Assembly: GCA_040954595.2 (NCBI GenBank)
Contig: CM082586.2
Span: forward strand, 3,268,349 to 3,332,348
Source: Balanoglossus misakiensis
Lineage: Eukaryota; Animalia; Hemichordata
Direction of reading: 5' to 3'
Length of the DNA: 64,000 nucleotides
A program made the translations under genes and the position numbers. Shown here in pieces: positions 12,801-26,300 of this stretch (position 1 is the stretch's first letter; each line of letters starts with the position of its first letter). Under the pieces are notes generated by a model, which saw only the letters and a list, made by a program, of their open reading frames with translations, was not told where the DNA came from and ran no database searches.

Positions 12801-12892
12801 TTGTCGCGAGACCGTGAATATATCATTATCAACTAACCTTGGATCCACAACCCAAAACACGCCACAATAAGAAGTCTTTGTACACCTGCCAT
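9884..12892 (-). CDS. Secreted stand-alone type-2 periplasmic-binding-fold protein (SBP_bac_3 / HisJ-LAO-ArtJ-like), 9 exons, 383 aa
   Basis: Minus-strand exons 12892-12838, 12548-12382, 12139-11937, 11696-11647, 11542-11447, 11168-10998, 10874-10744, 10449-10203, 9915-9884 join in frame (1152 nt). Signal peptide MAGVQRLLIVACFGLWIQGGMS. Motifs FHYIDEDGSFQGYFADLIGGVCKEAGKKC, DACF..AFTESFY, DITRKKIVYLKG, DVDAVF and SRKDNPITEWFNEALSKMKKSGKYAAL match HisJ-family motifs in order. Confidence 0.85.
10569..10708. repeat. (TCAC/TCAT)n tetranucleotide microsatellite in an SBP-gene intron
   Basis: About 35 imperfect tetramer copies. Confidence 0.9.
12558..12626. repeat. Compound (GT)/(GA)/(CAGA) microsatellite in SBP-gene intron 1
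   Basis: Di- and tetranucleotide tracts next to the exon 2 acceptor. Confidence 0.8.
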
Positions 12893-13889
12893 CTTGGAAG
12901 TGTACGCCGATTGCCAACGTGACTATAATAATGCCACGATGCTGCGTTTGCCTAGCTAACCCCCGCTGAAAAGTACGATGTTATCAACTTAATGTAACAT
13001 TTGGTCATCTTTTATTCGCTGCTCAAAGGTTATTCTGTCTCATGTTCAAATCGGAAGTTATCTTTATGCAACCGGCCAGTGACACTTTTGTCCTCAGTGA
13101 TCATCGGTCACCAACACGTCTGTCCGTTCTCTGACTTGTACCGATCATTGCTGACATATTTTTCACGAATATGAACAGAAATTTACCGACTCAGAAATAT
13201 GCTGTAAGGGCTTAATTAATAAATGTTGGTATGACGTTTCCTAAACTACGTATAGCTTACAAATGGACAATGAATAGCTGTGGTATGTCATGACCTCTCT
13301 ACTCCAGCCATCGCAAAGCGGTAGCCAGGTCTGTGGTCACCTGAGAAATGGGTTCCAGGGACGACAGATCGGACGAACAGATAAATCCTGATAGACACAA
13401 GTGGTGGCACAACGTACACCAAGCAAACTTTGGCCGACATCCGACCTTGGACAAATTTAGAAGATAACCACTGCATTGTTCATTGTGTGGTGCGACCGTG
13501 TGTTCACGGGACGATGTCCGACACGAATATCGGTTTATACAAAGCCGTACCTTACCGCGACAAACATAAATGCAGTTGGGTTTGGCGGTTGATGCAGGTC
13601 GCGGGTTTTTTTCAGTAAGAGGAACTTCTGCCACGTCTATATTTGGGCACTTCAGAACATTTGACCTGTATGTGTCTGATGAGAGATGTGTCAGTTTTGC
13701 AAACACGACACGTATAGCCATACGTCAACAGCATGAGTGATCCCTGACCCTTAATTGGGGGAAGTTTTGAATATTTATCGTTCTGTTGACTGAAATATGA
13801 CAGATCCTCGAAATAACTTAAGAGATATTGGATTGTTTTGCTGGTTGGGGTAACCTGCCAAGGTACAAGTTATTTGCTGATTGCGCTCA

Positions 13890-14226
13890 AACTTTTCAAC
13901 CAATCAGCGGAGAGAGGTGTGGCCTGTCATTCAATCTCAAGTGCTTCCTGATTACGCTGAAACTTTTCAACCAATCAGCGGTCAGAGACGTGGCCTGTTG
14001 TCACGGGAGCGAGTGTCGGTGGGGAAAAGTTACAGACCTGTGCGCAATGCCATCTTACGTGGCATTTACCGTCACTCTGGATTATTTACACAGATTTTTC
14101 TAGCTCTCAAAGTCAACCATCTGAATCAAACACTCATTCGTCCAGCTCGGTAAACAACATACATTTCTCATGTGCACAACACTGATTGGCAGATATGTAA
14201 ATTAGAAGTTGGAAGGTATATAAAAA
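13890..14226 (+). promoter_or_regulatory. Putative mucin A promoter: duplicated CCAAT module, forkhead-like GTAAACA, TATA box
   Basis: Two copies of AACTTTTCAACCAATCAGCGG...GTGGCCTGT (13890-13927, 13961-13998). GTAAACAA at 14150. TATATAAAAA at 14217-14226, ~140 nt before ATG 14364. Confidence 0.55.
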
Positions 14227-14363
14227 GCGGGGAAAATAACAGTTTTGTTCTAGTGTGAGTATGTACAGCACATAGCTCATCAACAGTGAAGCTGCAGTCT
14301 CGACGTCGCCTGTCACTCCACTGGGCGAAGAAACTTCACAGCCAGCATCGCACAGAGCTGACC

Positions 14364-17300
14364 ATGGCGCGGAGTGGATCTCCGCAAATTTTAGCGGGCC
14401 TGCTCTTCCTTCTTTTAATTCCCCGAACACTCCAGCTTCACATTCCAAAGAGCTAGTAAGTCGTTCTTTTAGTTACAATTTTGTACTGGTTTGATTGATT
14501 TAAAATTGAACTACTGTTCAGAAAACACGAATAGCAACTCGCGCATGTTTGTCTAACCAGGCCGAGAATTTGTCTGGTAAGCTTACCTGTATCTTGATGA
14601 CACGGTGTTCGTAGATACACCTCCTGTCGCACAGCGATGTCGATTTTTGAAAATGTGTTTCGGGTAAATTTTTCCTACCTGTTTGTGCGAGTCCACAATT
14701 AAGCTGATTCAGGTTCCCTATATTACTGCTTGATGTGGCGTGGCCGTCTGGGTCTTCTTAGTGAAAGCATGATTTTGTCTTGTTTCCAGCATTGACGATT
14801 CTGTAATAGATGAATTATATGAACTTAAACACAGAAAAGACTCTCCTCAGGACATACAACCACAGAATGCAGAAGGTAAGGTTACACATCGTTTTGAAAT
14901 TTAACTGGGGTTGCATGCACAAAACGCATTTTAACCAGTGCTTCAAGATTGTTTATGAGACAGCTGCGAATTTCACGAGCGAAACGTCTATGCCAACTGG
15001 TAGTCGGGTAACTCCCAAAAAAGGCAAATGCATTTTTCCTTACAGGCGGAAGTCAGATCAAAGTGTTTCGCCTAAAAATTACCAAAATCTGTCGCATTTG
15101 TGCCAAATTGGCTGTTGGCTGGATTGTTGAAGGACGGGGATTATGGAGATGACGACGTGGCAACTCCAGATGAGTGGCCTGTGCGCACAACAAACACTCG
15201 ACAATTGGAGTGGCTATCGTAAAACATACAAAATTGTGTGCAGTGCTTCAAACGATTAATTGGCATATTTAAAGAACTCAGAGCATTTTGCTGACGTTTC
15301 ATACTTTTTGGAGTGGCATTTACAAGCACTTCCGAAGAGCCACTACCGGTCTACTTCGCTGGATTGCCCTGAAAGTTCATCAAGGTCATATCACACATCA
15401 GAAGTCTGTAACGTTGGCTCCTTTCGCTCTAAGACTTCTTTCATTCCACCTCAGTGATCACAAGTCCGTGTACCAGCCACCCGTGTTTGAATGGCGGTGT
15501 TTGCCGAGACGTGGACGAAGGCCAGTTTATTTGCTACTGTCAAAGCGGATACATGGGACAGTACTGCGAGGTGGCACCAGGTGGGTGGGTGTCAATCATT
15601 AATTGATTGACAGCGAAGGCGTGGTTACCTCCCGGACAATTTGCGTTTGCATGCTTCGGTCTCGGTGGACGTTCTTGTTCACGTGGACCCAGTTTTTATT
15701 CCGATGCGAAGAAAATCGGCAACATGACAGCAAGAGATCTTTAAACTGAACTGTTAGAATCAAGCACGACAATTTAAGAATGTATAATGACCAATCAAAG
15801 TTACCAACACGCGATGCGACACAGAACAAGAGTGATCTTGGCAGACGCATAGAATCTGTTCATCACTTCAGACTTCATGACCAAACGTTATAAGCTCATA
15901 TACGTGTATCTCATTTCTCCAATAGATCCTTGCGCAAGATCGCCCTGTCAAAATAACGGACGCTGCCTCAGCATTGGAAGTCGAAATTTCTACTGTCTTT
16001 GCGTTCAAGGCTACAAAGGAAGTCAATGCGAAATCGCACCCGCAGTCAACCCATGTGATGGCCGGCCGTGTCAACATGATGGTGTATGCTATGATCTTGG
16101 TAATGGACGATATCATTGCCAGTGTAAGCAGGGTTTCACTGGAACCGACTGTGGGGTCAAACAGAGTATGTACGATTCATTGAAATCTTCATGTACATGT
16201 ACTGGACTACACATACCAGATTACACGATGACCAGAGAATGATAGGAATTCTGGTCGGGGTTTAAAAAACCTTTACCAGCAAGAAAGGAGTCATTGGCTT
16301 CTAATCTTTCTCAAAGCGAGTTCTGCCTCCTGAACTTTTCAGTAGTAAGAGTTATTGACAAGAATCTTTGTTGTTACCGTCAAACAGAGAAAGCGACACA
16401 CTCGCTGGGATTTGGCAATCTTCCCTCCGGTGTCCACCAGGCCGAGAAGTCGCTGAAGAGCGACATCCACCAGCCTGCTATTCCGGCAATAGAGGGCGGT
16501 GATCCCCCCTTTGTTGACGACAACTACGAGGAAGAGCTGAAGAACTTCCGTGCACAACACTATCGAAGAGACAGTGGCATTGCTTCGTTTGTCACCACCC
16601 AGGTTGCCACGACAACCATGGTGCCAGGAACCACCAGCCATCTCCCAATTACCTACCAGTCAGGTAAGATCAGGTCTGGTTTTCGGGATAAAGTCTTTAT
16701 GGACACGTGCTGGTTCTGTTTCACCGTCGCATCTGGTGATACCACATGACAAAGTCAGTGTACACAGAAAAAATTAAAATACCATATTCTAATGATTTTA
16801 GCTGCTTTGACACGAATGAAGTTGAATAAGTCGCTATATATACTTAACACCAGGCGATGGAGGTTTTAGTGAAAGAATGACCCTTTGTATACCAAGGCGA
16901 CTTTCTAAGCCAAAGTTTGGTTCTACGTATCCTATCTGGAGTGGCAAGATATTGAAGAAAACGCAGCAAGATAGTCAGTCCCCAAAGTATTAAACCGCTT
17001 CTTCATGAAATCTACGTCACTCAAAAGTGTGACTATTAAAATTAAGTAATTTTCTAATTTTTACAGCTCAATCGTCGACAGGAACCTGCTTCACATTTTC
17101 CCAGTATCACTACAGTTCGTTTGATGGTAAATTTTACAGTTTCAAATGCCAGTGCAGTTACAAGTTGGCGGCTGACTGCAATGCTGGCTCTTTCAACATC
17201 TACCTCACCAACGACCCTGACTGTGACAGCAGCCAGCCGTGCAGGCGTTCAATTCTCATCGACAACGGAGTGTCGACCGATACTCTTCTCTTGATCAGGA

Positions 17301-20300
17301 CGGCAGAAGGTCCCAGCGTCATCGACGGTTCGGAGATTCTGGACATCCCGGCCTACAGACACGGCTCCGTGATTGAAGTCATCGGTCACTACATCGTCGT
17401 CAAAAGCGGCGCCGGGTTCAAGCTTCGATGGGATGGCGACGAGTACGTGGACATTGAAATAACCAGCGGGTCGCTCTTCGGCAAGACATGTGGTCTCTGC
17501 GGCGTGTACAACAACGATCCAGCGGACGACTGGTCGGATGCCACGGGGACAATTATTACGGACTTGCATTTGTTTGTCGAGAGTTGGGAGATAGAAGATA
17601 ACAATGGTGAGTGTCCGAAAATCAGAGTGATCATGAAATAACATCGTCATACTTTTTGACAATGTAAAAGCTGATATTTCCAAATTCGCAGCAGTTCCGT
17701 TCTTTTATTTCAATCATATTTTTTTTTTGCAGGAGTGTGTGAAGAAGGCGTCAGAGAAACACATTCCTGCACTAACAACACTTTTGATGAGTATTCTGAG
17801 ATGTGGTACAGACAGCAGAAAGCGGTAGTCGAGTGCGAAATTCTGCTCTATGGCGAGTTTTCTGTTTGCCATTTTGTGAGTACACTTTATATGAGCAAAT
17901 ACACTTGGTTATGGTCACTAGAAGAGTGATACGATTACACTGTTAAGTGGATTTGAGTATCACTGTAGTCTGTCAATCCTTGAATTCTTTCCACTGCTCT
18001 GTCATATGACCTTCCTAGCTTGCAGATGAGTATTTTATTTACACCAATTTTTCAGGCCGTTGACGTATTCCCTTATCTGGAGGCTTGTGAGGTCGATGTG
18101 TGCGCGTGCGATTCGGCACGTGACGACTGTGCGTGCAGTGCCGTGGCTGCTTATTCAAGGGCCTGCTCCAGAGCTGGTGTTATAGTTCCAAACTGGAGAA
18201 CAGAGGACTTCTGCTGTGAGTAGACTCAGCCATCAGTAGTATTTACACTGGATACAACCTCTACCGGTGTACACATACTGCTATAAAATGTTTTTATGAT
18301 ACCTTGCTTGCAACATGGGTGGCTTGTATTATATTGCCCAATGAAACATGTTCTTTTCCAGATGTCAACTGTACCAATGGTATGGTGTATGACGACTGTG
18401 GATCGGCCTGCCCGCAGACATGCTCACGGAAGGAGTACATTTGTGAGTATGGACACTGTGTAGATGGATGCCACTGCCCAGAAGGTACTTACTTGCAAGA
18501 TGGCGAGTGTGTTACAGAGGCTGAGTGCAAGTGTTACTACCATGGCGAGGAGTATGACCCGACGTCTTGGATTGCACAAGACTGCAACGAATGGTAATGT
18601 TCTGCCTTAAATATTTATATATACCTGTATACATCCATCATCAGCTCATAAAATATTAAATTTTCTTTGATCTTGACTTGTTTACTGATAACAAGCTTTA
18701 ACATCCATTTCTACCTGTGATAATACACAATTGACACTTTTGTTTACCATGTTTTCGCTTATCAGTCAATGTGCAGCTGGTAGATGGGAAAACTGTACAG
18801 ACAACCAGTGTGAAGGTAATTATTTTACATAAGTACATAGATGTACAATGCTTATACACACCACAAGGGTATAAAGTAAAGAGTTTATTTTTGTTTTCTT
18901 TTATAAGAAGAGGGTTTCATATTTCATTGTTGCCAAAATTGGCCAAAGTTGCCGGAGAGAAGGTGACAGTACCACCACCAACGTTTTTACTTCTTACGAA
19001 TGCCTCTTTCCGAATAATGCCAATTTGCAGCTACCTGCTCAGCGGCTGGTGATCCACATTACACAACATTCGACGGCTTACACTACGACTTCAAGGGAGA
19101 GTGTCACTACATCCTGGTGGAGAACTGCTTCGAGGATACCAACGAGTATAAGATCAACGTGGAAAACAGTGACTGCAGTTCCAACGGTGGCGTGTGCACC
19201 AGAGCCGTCCACGTCTACTGGGGAATCCATCATATCAAAATGAAGCAGAATCATGAAGTCCTGGTCGACGGGCGAGATGTCTACTTTTTCCCCTATTATG
19301 ACTTCGGTGTCTACATTGAGCGTGTGACGTCACTGTTTTCAAAGGTAAGGCTAAATATCTGTCGCTGGTGGAAGATCACACACAGGGGCGCAGATACATG
19401 CTGTCACTAATAGTGAAGATCTAAACCTTTCACTTATGAAAATAGTAACACAGCATTGTTGTGAACATTTCTGAAATATCATTAGTTTTCCATTAAAAGA
19501 AATGAATATTTTAATTATTTTTGCTCCATAAAGACCACACTACCCAACGGAATTCGTGTATTATGGGATGGTGACACCAGAGTGTACATAACAGTCAGCC
19601 CTGACCATCTGGACAAGACCTGTGGTCTCTGTGGCACCTTCAACAACAACCAGATGGATGACTTTCACACAAGAGCAGGTACTGTTATGAATTTTGCATA
19701 ACTCAGTAAAAATATTCATTGGAAAAGTACAAAAGCTCCATTGGTTTGATGTAACATTCGACATAATCTTGATCACAAATTATTCTTCCATAGTGTTTAA
19801 ATTTAAATGCAGACGATTTTGAAGTTTCCTTACTAATAAGTCTCCATGGCCTTTTATGAATAGGTGATATTGAGACCAGTCCTGAGGCGTTTGGCAATAA
19901 ATGGAAAGCAGATTCCAACTGCATGGACACTGAAACAGACAGTACAGCCAAAGTTCACCCTTGTGACCTGTACTCGCAGAAGCTTGGAATGGCCGAAGAA
20001 GAGTGTAGACGTATTAAGGATGACCCTGCTTTCAAAAGTAAGCAATTTTCCATGTCTCGTGATCTGTGATCATTTGTTTCAAAACCATGAGGCTACATGA
20101 CTTGTTACAGATTTTACAGCAGAGATTCATCCGGAAGATGCTTGATTTACAGAGTTAAACGTGCAGGTGTCACATGTTTCGAAAAGAGTGAGGATCCTGC
20201 TCCATGCATAGCATCCACAGTGTTAGAAACCTTTATTCCCTGGCTTCGTTTGTGGCATGGATTGGTGTCATGTTGTTTTGTGGTGTGTACTGTCATGCAC

Positions 20301-23300
20301 TCACAAACACTTACGTAGTCATTCCTTGACTTGCTATACTATTATATTATTTTTACTTTCCCGCAGTTTGCCATGAACGTGTGGAACCAAATCAGTTCTA
20401 TGAGGACTGTTTATTTGACTACTGTAAGTGTCCTGAGAATGACTGCCATTGCAACATCATGGCTGACTATGCCCACCAGTGTGCTGATAAGGGCGTCCTA
20501 ATTGATTGGAGGGACAGTGTTCCTGAATGTAGTAAGTTAACTCGTGTCTTTCAGTTATCAAATACATTGTGTTCTTTCTATTGGCCATTTTTCAACGCTG
20601 CCTCAAATTTTACAAGTAAACAATGCATATTTGCGAAAGCTCTGCTATGTATTTCTGGTGGAAGTATTACTTTGTATACCAAATCCAACAAATAATTGTT
20701 GCATTTGGTGGGGACAGTGAATGTGAATTGAAACACCTTCCGTGAATTTTTTCATTCCCCCAGGCATACGCTGTGGGTATGGCTTGGTCTACCAACAGTG
20801 TGCGAGTTCATGTGATACATCCTGTGCATCAGTGTCACACGTTGGTCCAGAACAGTGCGTAGAAGACTGCATCGAGGGTTGTACATGTCCCATGGATGAA
20901 GTCATGGGCCAGTATGGTTACTGCGTTTCTATAAGCGAGTGCCCCTGTCAGCATCAAAACCAACAATTTTCACCCGGTCAAGATCTCAACATTGGTTGTG
21001 GGACATGGTATGTTGACTCTAGTTTTGTAAACTCCAGCAGGATGACAGTACTTTTCATGTTAAATTATTATCATTATTGTTCTAATAAGAACCAAACGTT
21101 TCAACGTATTACTGTGCAACTTTCAGTGTCTGCTCCAATGGACGATGGGACTGCGACGGTGTGGACTGTGGCAATGAGACGGTTTGTGGCCCGAACCAGG
21201 AGTACACAAGCTGTGCTTCGTCATGCCCCAGGACCTGCCTGAACAATGCAAATTACAAACCCTGTGAAGATGACATATGCGGCTCTGGATGCCAGTGTAT
21301 GGAAGGCTACATGTGGTATGAGGACGAATGCGTTCTACCAGAGGACTGCCCTTGCATGCACGGAGGTGAAGCCTATGGTCGCGGCCTACAGATCAGAATA
21401 GACTGCAATAAGTGGTATGTATTAAAGATTTGCAGAAACATGCTCCATCTGGATGAATCTGCTATTTCGCTGCTGAATATCAGAGCTTATTATAATTGAA
21501 ATTAAGGAGAGTAGATGTATCATGTATGTCTATCATCAGCCACAACTTTGATATTTTTCTTTCAACAGTTACTGCAATGGCAACAACCAGTGGATCTGTG
21601 AAACCAAGGAATGTAATGGTAGGTTTGTCCCGGGGATAAGTAGTATTGGCAATTTGGGTTCAAAAATTTTTTATTCTTATTCTAAAATTAGTTCGTTTGG
21701 GTCAAATAGTTTTGTCATTATGGATAGATAGATATATTCCTGTGGTATAAATGTTCTTTCTGGGTGTACTGACACAAATCACAATTGATTTTTTCCCAAT
21801 TGGTAGGTATTTGCACTGTCTATGGTGACCCGCATTATGTGACCTTTGACGGGAAACAGTTTGACTTCCAAGGCTCCTGTTCTTACATCGCCTCGCGTAC
21901 AACCAAAGAACACAATGAGACCTTTAGTATAGCCACGGAAAACGTCATGTGTGGAACCAGTGGAGTGTCCTGTTCGAAGGTTGTTACCATGACAATGGGT
22001 GAGTTAAAAAAGACATGATGCACAAATTTGAGAAGATTATTTTTTACAATATACTGAATGTGGTTAACATGAGGGATATAAGTCTTTCATGAATGTGCCA
22101 TGATACGACATGACTCTATACAGACTTGGCAGGCACAGAAGGCCATCTGAAACAACAGAATTGGGAAAGTGAACAAACCAATATGCACGTTCTCTGTTCT
22201 CTGTTCACAACAGGTACTGGTTCATATCAGCACAGGCTAATACTCTCACGTGACAAACCACCAGAGATCACATATGGTGATGGACCTGGCTTTGTTGTGT
22301 CTCAAGTTGGCCTCTTCATTTTTGTGCACACTTCAATTGGTGTGACTCTCACCTGGGACAATGGTACAAGACTTTACATCAATTTGGAGCCAAGTCACAA
22401 GGGTTTGGTAAGTTCACAGGAGTGAAAAAGTCTCAGATTTTGCAAACCATGATATCAGTTTTCAGAAACAACTGCCTTGCTTTATTGTGTCAGATACACA
22501 ACACATAGAACACCACATCTATTGAATCGTCCACACTTACTTGATACCAGAGCAGATAATTGGTATCCAGTTAAGTTATCAGATTAAATATCCATGTGTT
22601 CAATTTGAAAGGTTGAAGGCATGTGTGGTAACTACAACGGTGATCAAAACGACGATTTCATACCACCGACTGGCGGCTTCCCACTAGAACTGCCCAATGA
22701 ATTTGGTGACAGCTGGAAAGTTCATGACTACTGCCCTTCCGCACCTGTTATCGAAGACACTTGCGCCCTTCACCCGGAAAGAAAGACATGGGCAAGGAAA
22801 CAGTGCAGTATTCTGAAATCGGATACGTTTAAGCCATGCCACACTAAAGTACCATTTGAACCATGGTTGAAGCGCTGTGAATTTGATGCCTGTGGTTGTA
22901 ATATGGGAGGTGACTGTGAATGTCTGTGTACGGCCATAGCAGCCTACCAGTACGAATGCAACCGAAACGGTATACCTATACAATGGAGGACCCAAGAGTT
23001 ATGTCGTAAGTAACATACAGCTTTTGATTTACACAGAGAATGACGTAAGTCAAAATATGGCTGGATTTTCATGTGTAAATTAAAGTGAGTGTATTCCTTT
23101 AATTGGTTCATTTTAATTTTGACTATATCCACAGCAATACAGTGTGATGAATGTCTTGTCTATGTACCATGCCTTCCACTGTGCAATGCCACATGTGAAC
23201 ACCAGCACCGCCGGGATTCAGATGGTTTCTGTCTCGACATCTGCGTGGAGGGTTGTAGGTGTCCGGACGGTGAAGTCTGGGATGGTGGGAAGTGTGTCCC

Positions 23301-26300
23301 TGAATGTCCACCAGGGGGAGGCGGTCCGTGCCCTCCTGGTTGTCCAACACCACCGAGCTGTCCGCCCGGATACGAGCTGGAGTACAGAGGAAGCGATGGC
23401 TGTTGTCCGTTTTACACGTGCAGGCCACTGATACCACCGACCACAGCTGCTCCCATAAGAACTCGTCCACTTCCACCTACGTCAGCTCCAGGTTTTCCAT
23501 CAACTACCATATCTTATCCACCGATAACCAGCCATGCGCCAACAACACAATGTAAGCCATCCATATACATTGTATTACATTTTCACTGGATACTACCTTC
23601 TATAAAAACACAAATTCTTAGCCCTGATAATAATGATCGCAAGACACTTCGTGTCAATGGTGACTTTTGTTTTCTGTTATCACAGTTTGTCCACAGTGTA
23701 CCATACCAACCTGTCCACCAGGATCAAGCCTTGTATACACTGAATATGATGGTTGCTGTCCACACTATGAGTGTATAATAACTCCCTCTACTCCCATGAT
23801 TACAACACCTACCACAACAACACAACCACCATCAGGTAAAAAAATTAAGCTCACCATGTTTCAAACAGTTTGGATAGTAAAGTAAAATCTCATGTTCGTA
23901 TTTACTGATTGAAGTTTGCAAACTTGTACAAGACTGGACAGACAGATATCGACAAAAATCCATTCTTGTCTTTCAGCTTGTCCAACAAGTTGTCCTCCAA
24001 TTCCAACATGCCCACCTGGACAGGAACAAATCATCGAACAAGATGAATGTTGTGACGTATCTGGGGGATGTGTACCGATAACATCACCTGTTCCAGGTAG
24101 GTTCTAGAATTTACATTGCATGTATGTACAATGAAAGTACAGAGAATACAACTCGCCAGGTGCGCTGATGCAAATGATTCAGCTAATTTGCTATATAAAC
24201 AATTTCTCAAGCCTTCTGGTTTTGTGACCCATTAAGACCACACATTATAACACCGTCTGTTTTTCAATTACCACAGAGTGCACTTGTCCACCGCCAATGA
24301 TCTGCCCAACAGGCTCTCTCACTGTCCCCAATGGTTATGATGACTGTGGATGTCCAATTGAAGAGTGTTTATTGGAATGTAAGTGGTGAAAGTCACAACT
24401 GATGATGCAATTACACAAGCCTCAGCCTTTTTGTCTGTTGTGCAACTAAAATGACATAGGACAAGGAAGAAATATTAGATATGCAACAATATATAATCAT
24501 CTTTATAAAAAATTATACATTTTGTGTATAGTATGTGAAATGGGCTATCAGAAGAAATAGGCAATATGATTATCTTTGCTTAAACTATTTATATATTTCT
24601 ATCTATTCAGTGACACCACCACCTACACATTTTCCAACGGTCAGCAGACCGGCTATTGGAACAACACTGTCAACAACTCCAAGCACAGGTCCATACACTA
24701 CAGCTCCAGGACACACTCCGAGAATCACTACTGTCTCAGGTCCAACTACAACAACTGGTACAGGACCAAGCCCAACAGGTCCACCTGGTACAGGACCAAG
24801 TCCTACAGGACCACCTGGTACAGGACCAAGTCCAACAGGCCCACCTGGTACAGGACCAAGCCCAACAGGACCACCTGGTACAGGACCAAGTCCAACAACC
24901 ACTACTGTTCCAGGGCCCACTCCCACCACCACTACTGGCACAGGTCCATATCCTGGCACCACTACAGCTCCAGGACACACTCCGAGAATCACTACTGTCT
25001 CAGGTCCAACTACAACAACTGGTACAGGACCAAGCCCAACAGGCCCACCAGGTACAGGACCAAGCCCTACAACTACTACCTTTCCAGGACCGACTGCAAC
25101 CACGACACTTGGTACAGGACCTGCTCCTACAACTACTAGTGGTACTGCACTGCCCCCTACTACAACTACTGGCCAAACCATCACCACTACATCTGTGCAA
25201 CCAACAGGTAATTTCCTATAGAAATGATATTGGTATGATGTTAAGTCAACTGCAAAAAAGATGATTTTTGATCGGACAAATACCTCCAAGATTTCATCTA
25301 TAAACATTTAATAATGCAGCTAATGAAAATGAAAAAGTTTATATCATATTTATAAAGAAATAATTTCTGACACATGAAATCAATATTACACTGTTGTATT
25401 CTTGTGCATTTCAGTAACATCTGAAACACCTCCATACAATGAACCAGTACCTACAACACGTAAGTATTTGCATACTACATCAATAACTAACGGTAACAAG
25501 GATTATACGTGCTGTAAATATTGCGCTTGCTGAATTGCCAACAACCTCATAATGAACATTTTTCTATACGTAGAATTTATAATTTGATAGTTTTAATTTA
25601 ACTCCAAAGAGAGCCATGAAATCTGTGAAAGGTGTTAACTTTGAACATGTATGGTAATTTAAAGAATATACATTATAGTTTTATAAACATACCAAATACT
25701 ACAACATGTGGTCTTATTCTTTAAAAGCTTGTCCTATATGTACTGATCCAAAGTGTCCGGATGGTCAATATCCAATCCATATTGGTGATGATGCATGCTG
25801 CCCAATGTATGAATGTCAACCCATGCCAAAGACAACAGCAGGTAATATAATCTTTTATTGAAGATAATTTAAAATTGTGTTTCTTTTCAATAACGGATTC
25901 TGTGCGGATAACAAATGGATTTAGTTACATTTTGTATATAAACATATAGCTCACAAGACAGCTTTTGCGATTAGATTAATAAAGGTGAACAATTGAATGC
26001 AAGTCTGGTTCATATCATGAATAAGGTCTAACAACCACTACTGTTTCAGGGCCCACTCCCACCACCACTACTGGCACAGGTCCATATCCTGGCACCACTA
26101 CAGCTCCAGTACACACTCCCAGAATCACTACTGTCTCAGGTCCAACTACAACAACTGGTACAGGACCAAGCCCAACAGGACCACCTGGTACAGGACCAAG
26201 TCCAACAACCACTACTGTTCCAGGGCCGTCTCCCACCACCACAACAGGCACAGGTCCATATCCTGGCACCACTACAGCTCCAGTACACACTCCCAGAATC

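Noticed and set aside
13288-13721. Overlapping 60-140 aa ORFs between SBP and mucin A, and CTGATGAG resembling a hammerhead core
   Set aside because: No protein motifs or consistent splice structure. The required GAAA and stems for a hammerhead are absent.
15046-15222. Possible extra mucin A exon ([16 protein letters not shown]...)
   Set aside because: The acceptor at 15045 leads to stops in all frames, and no phase-compatible acceptor exists for the acidic frame. Exon 2 splices in frame directly to 15455.
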